From the NCBI RefSeq assembly GCF_037042905.1, contig NC_087250.1, positions 15,378,001 to 15,442,000 on the forward strand: a stretch of DNA of 64,000 nt. Direction: 5' to 3'. The translations under genes and the position numbers were made by a program. The DNA is from Lytechinus pictus. Its lineage: Eukaryota. This document shows positions 12,791-24,626 of the stretch, piece after piece. Position 1 is the first letter of the stretch, and every line of letters starts with the position of its first letter. The notes beneath the pieces were generated by a model. The model saw nothing but the letters and a program-made list of their open reading frames with translations, was not told the DNA's origin and searched no databases.

Positions 12791-13185
12791 AATTTCCAAA
12801 TAGGCCTATACAGTGGGCTAGTACTATTCAGTACACCCTTCAGAGTTCAGTATGAATACATTCATTTTTCTGTAGGATAGGAAGTTGCTATTTATACCGT
12901 GATTGATACTGTACAATACTTCCACACACAATGACATTCCTAAGTGAGTTCATACAGGGACTGTTCAAGGCCATTGTATTTTATCCCAGGTCATTGTTTA
13001 TCATGTTTGTTTTCATATTTTGTTCCTCTCACAGAGTTTAGGTGAACAGTGTTTGTTTGCTTGAATTCAATGTCTCTGTAGAGATAAGATTGTCATAATT
13101 TGAACTTTTGAAAGTTCAGTGCACGTCCAATGACCCTACAGTGTATGGAAAGTTTAATGTACAATATATACAGAATTTACCACCC

Positions 13186-13374
13186 CTGGGGGCCGTTTCA
13201 TAAAGCTGTTCGTAAGTTAAGAGTGACTTTAAGAATGACTGGTGAACCTTGTGCTAAACCATCGCCTACATGTATGGTGTACATGTACATGTATACCATT
13301 TACCAAAAGAAAGGATCACCAGTCGTTCTTAAAGTCGCTCAAGATTACGAACAGCTTTATGAAACACCCACCAG
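13186..13374. mobile_element. ~175-bp palindromic MITE family (copies also at ~25555-25732, 56177-56355, 58063-58240, partial 61384-61549)
   Basis: GGCCGTTTCATAAAGCTGTTCGTAAGTTAAGAG...CTTACGAACAGCTTTATGAAAC; near-identical hairpin arms across the copies. Confidence 0.9.
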
Positions 13375-13658
13375 GCTTTTATTCAGGACTTTGGTCTTTA
13401 ATTGCCATCAGCTTGATATGAAAATGATGCATTACAATTTTAACACTTCAAGACTTCAAGTATTCAACAGCAATGAAGTTCAGGCACTGATAGGGCAGGC
13501 CTACAACAGGCTAGTCTGCAGGCACAGACCCTGATTGAAACTTTGATCAACAAGTGTGTCTCCACGGAGTCCACGCAAAGACTAGCACATTATACAAATC
13601 TTGCTGTTTTAATTCAGGAGAGATCCTTCAGTACACAAGGCATGAGTAGGCTGCAATT

Positions 13659-14394
13659 CTCGCTACCCCAAATAGGAACAATAATCTCATATTGCGCGAG
13701 ACGAGATAATTTTCACTCCGTCGGGTCGTCATCACCACTTCCGGTTCAGAGTCATACTCGCGCGAGGTTCGCGATACTGAGTTTTCCACCACGCTGAAAT
13801 CGATGCCAATCAGCGTAATATGTACAGATTATAATACTTTTTATTTAATTTGGTCAGTTTTGATTCCATTTGAATTATGAATAAAAAAAAATATATATTT
13901 CACGTGAAAATAATTTTTATTCATGTTTTTATTATTAGGTTATAAAAAATTAAACAAAAAATGAATATATTAAAATTTTGCATTTAGCGACATGCCTGAC
14001 ATCACGATCGTATTCGACTAGACGCTAAATATATACAGCATTCATTTCATTCAATTTTTCGTCGACCACAAAATGGATAAAAAATCAGTTTCGGAACTTA
14101 AAAAAAATCTTAACTGACAGAGGAATACCGTGCAATGGAAAGCGTCGGGCAGAATTAGTAACTTCAGCAGAAAAGGCCGTTAAACTGTATCGTGAAAGAG
14201 AGGGTTGTGATCACAAACTTTCATCGAAAGCGACGTTGTGTTGTTGTGCATGACGGCACTGTTGATCTGAATGGCAAAACAGTGCATTGGACTTCCGAAC
14301 AGGAAGTTGTAATACCTAAAAGCTATCCCATAATGCAATGCGCGTTACAGGGATTTTCCCGGATCTCGGCGAAATCGCTATTTGGGGTAGCGAG
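13659..14394. mobile_element. Non-autonomous DNA transposon, Sola1-like
   Basis: Perfect 17-bp TIR CTCGCTACCCCAAATAG and AATT duplicated on both sides. A homologous empty site GGCTGCGTATTCAGACC occurs at ~61951. Confidence 0.8.
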
Positions 14395-15205
14395 AATTCA
14401 GACCCTTTTCTCGAGTGAAGGGTTTACACAGCAGACTAACAACAGGCCTGCATATAATGTACATGTATGGGCCCTACAGAGAGAGGAAATTACACAGGAG
14501 GGCAACGGGTGATTTTGCCCTCATGATGACTTCCCAAATTGCCCATAAAATTCCCCTACAAAAAGGCAACAAGACATGCTTTGGGGGACAATGCTACATG
14601 TATTTAATACAATGTAGAGTCGCCCCAAGATCTGTCTGTGTCACAAACACTGGTATTCAAGATTATTAAAAAAATAAATATTCTAACTACATGTACACTT
14701 CTTCTTTACTACATGTACATGTATGGCAGAATAATGCTTGTTGCAACAAAAGAAGCAGCCCTTAAAATGACAGAAATACATGTAGCCCCCAAAACTCCGC
14801 AATTGCACCAATGTGGAAAAATAGCCCTAAAAATTAAAAAAAATTACCCTGCAATTTTTAAAGAGTTTCAGAAAAAAAGTCGGCCTAATACCTATTAAAG
14901 TAATGTAGGCATGATGTAAAATTGCAAAGCCAAAAACTGGCACTAGAGACAGTCTGCCCTTCTGTGCATTGGAAAGGAATGAGTGTTTTTCCTGTGCTAA
15001 GGGTGTGATCATGAAGCAACAAGGAAATGAATTCTTGGCATTCTTGAGACATTTGAGCTTCTCAATGAGCTTCTGTTTACAGTTGATACATACTGTATTA
15101 AATAGGCCTCCATATACAGGAAAGAATTAATTTTGTGCAGTGTGAATGCCAAAATCACAGAAACCATTATTAAAACCCAGGCAGTGAAGGCCTACCCTAT
15201 GCACT

Positions 15206-15556
15206 GGGTTTATTTTCATTTGGTCCAATGCCAATTCGTCCAATTGCCAACTTGTCTAGTATCATTTGGTCTACCATCAGTTCGTCCAATATCCACATGG
15301 TCTAATTGCCATTTCGTCCACTCAGTAATTGGGCAAAATGATTGAAAAAAATTACCCTGAATATTAGACCAACTGGTTATGAGATGAAATGGTCATAAAC
15401 GTACTGGTAATTAGACAAAGTGATGATTGGACCAAATGGTTGTTTGACGAAATCTTGATGGACGAAATGGCAGTAGACTATAAAAATGATGGTACAATGA
15501 ATGTAGACCATGTAGTGAGTGGACGAGTTGGCAGTGGACGAATTGGTAATTTACCA
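15206..15556. mobile_element. Degenerate MITE with short internal GACCA/GACGA repeats in opposite orientation on each arm
   Basis: Left arm CCAATTCGTCCAATTGCCAACT mirrors right arm AGTTGGCAGTGGACGAATTGG. Confidence 0.6.
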
Positions 15557-16722
15557 TGCACTGTACACTATTTGGTACAATCATGGATGCTACATATATG
15601 TACTGTACTATCTTTGGTGCAATGTATGTACATTGAAACTGTGTGCATGGAATCTTATTTCAAAACAAAGACTTTGTAATACACTGTTGGCCATCATGTA
15701 CATCATACATGTATCCATGTACATGTACATACAGTACAGTAGTACAATTAAAACCGTGTGCATACATGTAGAATCTTTATAAAGAGAAATGCCAGATCCC
15801 AAAATGAATTCGCACTGAATCCAATGAAAAAACACCTTTTAGTGTTTGTGTATAAAAAAAAGTTATGCCTACAGTATGCCAAATGGCTCTCGAAGAAAAT
15901 GTGTAGCCTACATGTACATGTAATTGCTGAGAAATGAGCAAAATAAGCACTGAATTCCATCAAATGTCAGGTATTTCCAAGCAATATTCCCATATACGCT
16001 TTTCTGTGTTAGTGATCAGTGTTGTCAGTTTTCACCTGAGATTTCATGATTTCACATTTTTTTTATAGATACAATATGTCTACCAGATCTACATGTACAT
16101 ACACGTACATATGTACATGTACATGTAGGTCTACATGTACTTGTGTATACTACAGTGTAACAGTGATTTTAAAGACTTGAAATAATTGTTTGCTGAAACT
16201 GCATTTTACATGTAGTTAAAAAAAAAAATGGAAAAGCATTGTAGATGTAGAACAGTTTCATTACATGTACATTGTAGAACTAGAATCAAAACTGAAGTTA
16301 AAGTCAATCTAACACAATGACCAGGCTGAAAACACTGTTGCGTTAGTCACACAAAAATAATAAATTAGCGCACCGGCACTCAGTCTCGCTTCGCCCGTCA
16401 TATATCGCCCTGAGGGTAATCTGCAATTAAGACGCATTGGACTCGCTCACTGGAGCGACAAGGTGATGTCGATGTCAGCGTGAAAATTGTCAACTTCATT
16501 GATATGTAATGACGAATGCATCATCCTTTGTTCGCCTAGTCTCTTCTGTTTAACTTTTAATCCTGCATTTTGATTTTTTTAATTATAAAGCTCGAGTGAA
16601 GTATGCATTGTGACTTTATTTCTGCTTTTTAATATTTGTTTACAAATTATACAATGCACGGAATAGGGCCTTCATACAGAGAGCATGCAAGAGGTATTAA
16701 AATATCTCCTTTTTTTTACTAG

Positions 16723-17544
16723 GGGTGCGTTTATCCGCCACTTTTTTACCCTAGAATCATGATCTGAATCATGATTCAAATCATGATTCTGCAGAATCAC
16801 GATTGCGTTTAGTCGAAATTGAATATAATCATGATTAGAATCACAAACATGAAACACGAAAAAAGGGGCATTTGGAAAGACGTTTCTGCAGAATCACGTA
16901 CGAAAATGTTCGAATAAACGATATCGTGATTACAATCATGATTCTATGACCTCACTGTTGTGTCGGGCTACTTTCGGTTTGACTCTTGCCAAGCTCAAGG
17001 CGCTCTATATGCGCATTGTATGTACATGATAATGTACTACGCATGCATTTCTTGTCATGTTCAAGTTCTGTGTTGGTCATCGCATCGTCCACTACTTTTC
17101 ATTTTTTGGTCACGTCTTCAACTTCAAGTTCTAGTAAATGAATTAACTGGACAGACAATGATCTCAGTTGTTGTTGAGTATACAGTATCAATATTAAATT
17201 GGATCTACGCTAAAATTCACTTCCGAACACCATTTTGGATAAACTACATGTAACAAGATGAATAGAAGCATATGGACCCTACATGATAGAAATAAACAAA
17301 ATGAGGTATAGACTGAATTCTGGAAGCAAAAGATTTTTCGAGAGCCAAAACGCAATAACGTGTGAAAAACTTCCTCTGTCAAACTGCGCACTAGTGATGC
17401 GCACTGGATTGGCCTGAATTTGAGGAGAAACAGCATTGGAATGAAAGTCGTCTAAACGCTGATTCTGTGATATTGTGATTCATGTTTGTGTTTTGAATCA
17501 TGATTCAAATCATGATTCTGGCTTGAGGTCGCATAAACGCAGCC
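16723..17544. mobile_element. PIF/Harbinger-like MITE
   Basis: TAG|GGGTGCGTTTAT ... ATAAACGCAGCC|TAG, with subterminal AATCATGATT repeats at both ends. Confidence 0.75.
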
Positions 17545-19641
17545 TAGATCTCATTGAATGGCCAGGGATCAGAGAGAGAGAGTGAGTGAGAGAGAAAGAC
17601 AGCGCAAGAAGCGGCAGGGAGCAAGGGAAAAAAATCACAGATACTATTGGCAATTTCACCCCGGAAATACCCCAAAGTGCCAGCAGATATGACAATACAA
17701 TGTATGTACATGTAGCTCCCGAAAAAAAAAAAAGGAAAAGAAATGACTGGTGGGGGGGGGGGGGGGGGGGGGGCGTTGAAGGATCATGAGAGAAGTTGAC
17801 ATCAATTGGTTTATGTACTTTTTTTTTTTTTTTTTTTGTGTGTGTTCAGTCTCCATCCCCTAAAGAAAAAAGCTACAGTGCTATAAACTAACTGTACTAG
17901 TGTACACTGTTCTACAACTGTATATTATAGTAATAAGACAAAGCGCAAACATTTGAATGAAGGACAAAAAGGTAGAGGACCAGGAGATTATCACCTTTGC
18001 AACGCAACAGGGCTTGTGAGAGGATTTTATGTTTAAATATAATCATGCAGAGCTACAATTTTATATGCCCCCTACATGTACATTGTATAAATTACAGACC
18101 TACAATGTACTGTACAGTACATGTAGGCCAATAACATGAATGTTTTGTAGAATGAAATGGGCAATTCCATAGGTTGGTGGACATGAGCTCAATGTGTCTT
18201 TGTACTGTATAGCAAATCTGAACCATAACGTGAGTAACCACTTTATCTGCACCCCTAGTAAAAACCATGTGTTCTTTATTTTTTGAATTATATACAAATT
18301 TGTCTCCCTAATATACTTCTTTGAAATGGATATAATCAACTTTCATAAAACACTTGTATGAGGACACTTTTCACTTACATGTATGTCCACTTTTCATTTT
18401 ATGCATGTCCAAATCATGTATTTTATGAGTAACCGACACATTTCAAAGATTTGCCAGGAGCACAATAAAATTTCCCAAGTTTTGTTTTTATACAAAGGAT
18501 AGTCAGACTGCGTACTTTGTTGTGATAAAGAGATGTTTAGTTCACTATCAATAATAATGGAGTTACAGCTCCAAGTATGAGTCAGGGTGTCTCCAAATGT
18601 AACGTGGGTAACTGTGGAATAGCCCAAATGTACATTTACAACAGAAGGGTTGCCTGAATCAAGTTATGGAGTGTAGGTACATGTACATAGTTTTCAATCT
18701 GACATGATAGCATCTCGACCTGTACTGTAAACCCTACTGCACAATGTATAATCTGGGGAGATTAGAGTATAATGGCCGGACCCCTTGTGAATCTTTATGT
18801 GATGTGTCTTCACCAGCTCTCACTTTAATATGAAGCCAAGTTCTTTGGCTGAATAACAGACTCAGCCAGGCCTGTAGGCTGTATTCTTGAAAGAGGTTTC
18901 AGTTGTACCATTGCCCAAAACCATGGAGTACATACATGTACATGTACACTTTATTCAGATTTTTGTAGATAAATTACAATTGTTTCATTGCATACTCTAA
19001 CAAAAATCCAGTCTACTACAAATTGGTGCTTACTCCAGTGGATTAATTACAATTTTACAAACAAACAGTAAAAATATGGCACTACCCTTTACAGGAAAAT
19101 GCAATGCTGCCATACTTGTTTCATATTCAAGCAAGAAAATGTAGAAATAGCCAAAATAGGGCCAATGAAAGCAAGGCTCCATTAGCGATTCATGCCACGT
19201 TTCTCACCACTCCCTTTTTCCCTGTGTCGCCTCTGCGGCCAGTAGAGAGCTTGGATATTATTCCAAGACATAGCCCATTGCAATAATTAGCCTAGAATCC
19301 ATTTTGATGTCCCTTCCAATCTCTTCATCCATCTTTCTTTTTCTCCCTCTGTCTACTCATTTTTCTTTTCTCTCCCTCTTTTCAATTGATCTCTTTCTTT
19401 TTAATATTCTCACTCTCAGACTTTGTCAATGATACCTTTCAATCTCTCTATTTATTCATCATTTAATCTCTGTCTAGAGCACAATTTTTGCTTTCCCTAT
19501 TTCATTTCAAATTTTTCATTACTCTCTCAATCTCTTTTTTAAAAATGAAGATCTCAAGATTTTCCCTCTTTGTGTATCAATCTTGACTAATTTACAAACA
19601 CTGTGTATCATGATTGACAAGTCACAAATATTTTACAAATC

Positions 19642-19755
19642 AAGGGGCTTTCACAATTGCTCGTACGATCGTTTGCGATCATTTGGTCACAACATATGTT
19701 GCACAGACTCGCGACGGTTGTAAGCAGTCGCACTACCAATTGTGAAAGGGGCTTT
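19642..19755. mobile_element. Short palindromic MITE-like element
   Basis: AAGGGGCTTTCACAATTG ... CAATTGTGAAAGGGGCTT. Confidence 0.55.
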
Positions 19756-20062
19756 AAAGTTTGATCATCCAAAGAGTTCCTCCCATCATACATTGCCTGT
19801 ACAGTATTACAAATCAAAACATAAACCACTATTCAGAATGGAATCTCAGCTCTAGACTTTCTTTCTGCAATTTTTATTCATCAAAGCTGGTATAAAAAGC
19901 CATAAACCCTTTGTTCTGTATGAATAGGAATACAGTCATATACCAGTAGGGTGTACAGTGGGCCTATTTATTTGAGCTGATTATCTGAGGGTTTTTTTTC
20001 TGAGAGATAAAGGGGATTATAATGCCCTACATTCAGTGACATGACATTTGCTCCAGTCTTAG

Positions 20063-20465
20063 AAGGCGGTGCTGCACCATCCTGAGTTTGCTCAATCTCG
20101 AGATTTTAGCCCGATCGGCCCTCTTCGCGATTAACTTCGAGATTCAAGAAACCCCGTCTCCACCATCGCAAGAAGAGCGATTCCTGCTCGAGCGAGGCAT
20201 CGATGCATGATGGTCTAACGCCGTGAATAAATAATCCTGAGTGCGTCTGCACCGACAAATTAGCGCGATAATTCGTAAAATAGCGCGCTATTTTGCAAAT
20301 AATCCCAAGTTGACTTGGGATTGCAATCTCGAGATTAATCCTGCGAACTAGCGCGATAATTGCGTCTCCATTGCAAATAATCTCGAGATTGTTCAGATCG
20401 GGATAATTTGCCGGATCAGAAATAGCGCGCTAATTTGAAAACTTGGGATGGTGCAGACGGCCCTT
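20063..20465. mobile_element. Harbinger-like MITE nested in an older element; partial inverted copy at ~32232-32450
   Basis: CTGCACCATCCTGAGTTT ... AAACTTGGGATGGTGCAG. The flanks (ACATGACATTTGCTCC, and GGAGCAATTGTCGCCGGAGC..ATGTCATAGAACC) match the element at ~54196-54410. Confidence 0.7.
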
Positions 20466-20677
20466 ATGTTTCAGAGGGCATTGGGATAGAGTAAGGATTG
20501 TGTTATAGAGTTTTTGATTCAGAAATCATTGAAGATAGGATTAGGGTTTATTTTAGTTTTGGAGATGAGATTTTATGTTTGGCTTTTAATCGGAGCAATT
20601 GTCGCCGGAGCACATGTCATAGAACCGTTTCCAGACCGCATCGTATCCTGTTGCCCATGTGTACATTTGCCACACTA

Positions 20678-22871
20678 CAACCAAAAAATTACTTTTTTTC
20701 TTTCCAGGGCTCTTTTTGGAGAAACTTAAAAATTTTCCAGGGCTACTTTTTCATTTTCCAGGGCTCTTTTTCCACTTTCCAGGGCTACAATTTCTGGAGC
20801 TATTTCGCGGCTTTTTTGCGTTTGTGTGTATGTGTGTGTGTGTATATATATACACGGTAGCTAGCATATACCAGGGAAGTATAACACTTCCCTGGTTTGA
20901 CCTTCGCATTGTTTCTTCGAAGTGATTGTTTATGATTTTAGTGTTGTGATGATAGATTGATTTTGATGCTTGAACGATATCTGAGTTGATTCATGGACCT
21001 AATACAGACCTATTCAGATTAAATCATGGAGGTAGAACCTCCATGAATTAATCAAAGTTTGAATGTTTGATACTTGGTTGACGTGAGCTTTGCGTGTTTA
21101 CTATTTAGTGTTATAGCCCATTTGCTAAATTAATCTAGAAAGATCTGTATTCGTGTCTAAAGACAATGTAAAAGAAAAAGAAAGTTCTGAATTTGTACAA
21201 TTCTGAGGTAATTTATTTTATCATACAATATAGGTACCTGCAAATGTTATGAAGTTGAACAAATATCCTTCGTACATATTTGACTGAAAGTTATTTAAAT
21301 GACACTTTTTAAAAAAGACTTAAAATTATTCATACAAAATAATGATATAAGTCATAAAGGTCATTGAATTGTTAAGCGTTCGTATCAGTTACACAGATTC
21401 ATGACAAAAAGGCCTACCAGAACCAAAACTGGCAATTTCCATCATCCATCATGAATGCCTAGCCTTGCACGGCCTCTAATTGAAATGAACTTATCCACGT
21501 CTTTGCAAATTTTACCTGACCTAATTTCTCCACACAGTGAGAGAGGCCATGTGGCAGCCAAACCAAAACAGAATGAAAAGGGCGGCAATCTCGTACCCCC
21601 CCCCCCCCACCACCACAAGAATATCAGATTTCCAAACATGTGCTTCTCAAGATTGTGCAATACATGACGGAGACAAAGAAAGTTATGTAAACAAATTGCC
21701 AAGGGTTGATGTCCCTGAATTAAGGGGCTAGTCTACGTTTTCAGTCACTTAAGAAAATGGCGAACTGGCCAAAGGTGAAATACATCATTGAAAAAAAAAT
21801 GAATGTTTGGATTAAAATAACGAAGATTAAATGAAATATGACTGAAAAATATCCATAGTTGAATCTCTACTTTTATTACTGACAGAACAATAACATCATT
21901 TTTTTGTATTAACTTCTTGCCAATATTCCAATAAGGCAAGACTCCCATTTAAGACTAGCAAGCAAACGTTATCAATGGGATTTTTGAATGAAAGAAAAAA
22001 AAAATCAAAGCGTGATTTTTTTTAAAGGGATAGACGAGACTCTTGTTTTGAACAGAGATATAAAAATATTTAAAAACAAACAAGAGGTGATAAACACTTC
22101 ATTAAAATTATAATGAAGTTCGTAGTGAATTACAACTTGTAAAAGGAGAAATTAACAAGAATAATAGGGAAATAAAGTTTGGAAGAAAAGAAGGAATGAG
22201 GAGAGACAAGCTTTGGGGGGAAGGATCAAGATGGGTGGCTGCAGCTCGACATGGGGCTAGAGAGTGTACATAAATGGGAGGGGGGGGGAGCAATCCAAAA
22301 TCTTACACCTTCAAACTTCTCACACAATCCACACACAAATCCCAGTTCATGATACAATCACAAGTGTCGCTCAACACATGCGCACGTGGTCTCTACTGGC
22401 ATTTTACAGTCACACACACAGAAATACACACTACACACAATGCACACGATGCATCCCCATACCACATGCAGTCACACTGAGCCTAAAGCACACAAGCAGA
22501 GAAACGTTCTGCTCGAAGTGTATGACTCCTCGGCTCCAAATTCTACATTTATTTTATCTCAGTGCTTGGAGTCGGCGCTGGGGCCGATTTTTGTCCATGA
22601 ATGAGAGAGCATGGCAAAGACTCGAGTCCCTTTATCTCAGAACCGCCGCCGCTTGGTACTCGAGTCTCCAGAGATCAGGGTCGACTCCCCGACTCTGGCA
22701 TCGAGAATCGGGTAGACTCGATTACCCGGCGCTGGCTCCCAAGCCTAGTTGACGGGGGCGATTATGAGTTTTGCAGTCGCCCTCGTGTGAATGTTTTTAG
22801 CCCTTTTCCGGGGCTCTTTTTGGACTTTCCGGGGCGAATTCGCCCGCCGCCCCCGTGTAATTTTTTGGTTG
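20678..22871. mobile_element. 2.2-kb non-autonomous DNA transposon (P-element- or hAT-like)
   Basis: Perfect 15-bp TIR CAACCAAAAAATTAC / GTAATTTTTTGGTTG; perfect 8-bp TSD CCACACTA (20670-20677, 22872-22879); subterminal TTTCC(A/G)GGGC repeats at both ends; no transposase ORF. Confidence 0.88.
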
Positions 22872-23659
22872 CCACACTAAACCCAGGTGATGTGAATGGG
22901 TGCCTCCAGGGCTGGAATGAATCCATTCATGATATGTGCTGTAGAAGGATTGTCGGGCTGCCAGAATAGAAACCTTTTATCACAAATAATTGAATATCAA
23001 GTACAGATTATACTGGGAAAAATGTAGGAGTTATTAAAAACGATTCCCTGTTTTACAAGTAGGAGTACATGTACATGTACATGTATTCTGAAATAATTAG
23101 GCCTCGTCATGGGGGAATTCATGCACTAGATGCAAATAAATGCATAACTTGCTGAGTTTAATTTGTATCGGCCTCCAGCCAATCATTTTTGTACACACAT
23201 ATTAAAAATTATCTTTACGATGCACAAAGTCCTGAGTTTCCTGACCCTGCATATTTGTGGTTAATTTCTGTCTATGAATCGTCTCGAGAATCAATTTCCG
23301 CTGTTAAATACAGCTTTATCATAAAAACCCCTCCCATTTCATGCATGAATACACACGCCCAATGCCCAATTTCCCCTTTTCCATCCTCAAGGCTCTATTA
23401 AATACATCTACAGACTGACTATGGTCACTAATCACTCGGCCCGAACGCAGCGCAACAAATTGGCAACTGAAGATTAATATTCCCATTTTGTCCTGTCGTT
23501 TGGCAAGACCGTTGGCTGTGGTAATTAAGGACTAATTAAGAGCTGCAGTTAATAGTTGGTTTTGTTTTATGAGCAGGTGCATGGAGAGGCCTCAATGCTA
23601 TATTTATGCATCGAGGGGCGAGAGTAAGGGGCTTCAATTGGACCTGATAAGAAATCAAA

Positions 23660-24122
23660 GAGGCTGTTCTCACTCAGTTCCTTAAACTAGTTTAGTGGAA
23701 ACTAGTTTAGTGGAAACTAGTTTAACGCTAAGTGAGAACGGTCGAAGCGCTCTTGGAAGCGCTCTTCCAAACCAGTTTGGAAGACCACCTCGCGATGTAG
23801 TTTTCAAGATTGCTTCGCATCGGAAAAGTGGTTTTAGCGTAAGTGAGGACACAACCGTTCTTCGGGAAGCGATCTTCGCACATTTTGAGCGCGCTACTCC
23901 ACACGACAGGTGTAGAATGCCTATGCTGCGGTTTCGAATTTCGCGCGAAACGTGTCTCCCCACTGAGAGCGTTTCCATAGCAACAAGAGCGCTATACGTG
24001 AAGTGATTTTGAAAACCACTTTCGTGTGATCAAGTGAGAACGCTAGCAAAGCGATCTTCCAAACTGGCTTTCTGAAACGGTTCCCAGTAAACTAGTTTTA
24101 GGAACGTAGTGAGAACAGCCTC
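23660..24122. mobile_element. Harbinger-like MITE
   Basis: GAGGCTGTTCTCACT ... AGTGAGAACAGCCTC with AAA on both flanks and internal AAACTAGTTT repeats. Confidence 0.8.
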
Positions 24123-24315
24123 AAATTGGGATACAAAATGGTTTTCATAAACTACATGTATCTACTTTTTCTCTCATTGTGTTTTTTTATCCCCCTCTTT
24201 CTGATAACTCTCTCTCTCTTTCCCTCTATCTCTTGGTCTCTACATGTGTATGTACCTGAGGAGTTGCTTTCACCCAACCATGATCACAAACAAATACCAA
24301 ACATTTTGACATATT

Positions 24316-24626
24316 GGCCGGTATTCTGAAGTCGGGTTTAACTTAAACTCAGGTTTAAAGTTGTGGTTTAAGTATGGATAGCCAACATAAATGATCACTA
24401 ACAGTAGAGATATCATATTTCATCTCATTTGGCTCTCAAATATCATTCATAATTGTCTAGGAAGTATAAATAGATGATTGTCTTCACCATGGATGAATCA
24501 GGAAAGAGCACAGTGAACATAAGAAACATACAACTTATTAATTTGGACACTTTTGGCTTCCCATAATGTTAGCACAGAGTTTATATACCATGGTCTAAGT
24601 TAAACCTGCCTTCAGAATATGGGCCA
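24316..24626. mobile_element. ~310-bp MITE; inverted diverged copy at ~31523-31830
   Basis: GGCCGGTATTCTGAAGTCGGGTTTAACT ... AGTTAAACCTGCCTTCAGAATATGGGCC. Confidence 0.8.

Noticed and set aside
12115..12803. Cluster of overlapping MYMY/HVHV/CTCT ORFs up to 201 aa
   Set aside because: Artefact of the stop-poor TACATG repeat.
22264..22969. 162-aa and 122-aa ORFs inside the 2.2-kb element as a transposase
   Set aside because: No THAP, BED or DDE motifs are recognisable, and part of the sequence is CA-rich low complexity.
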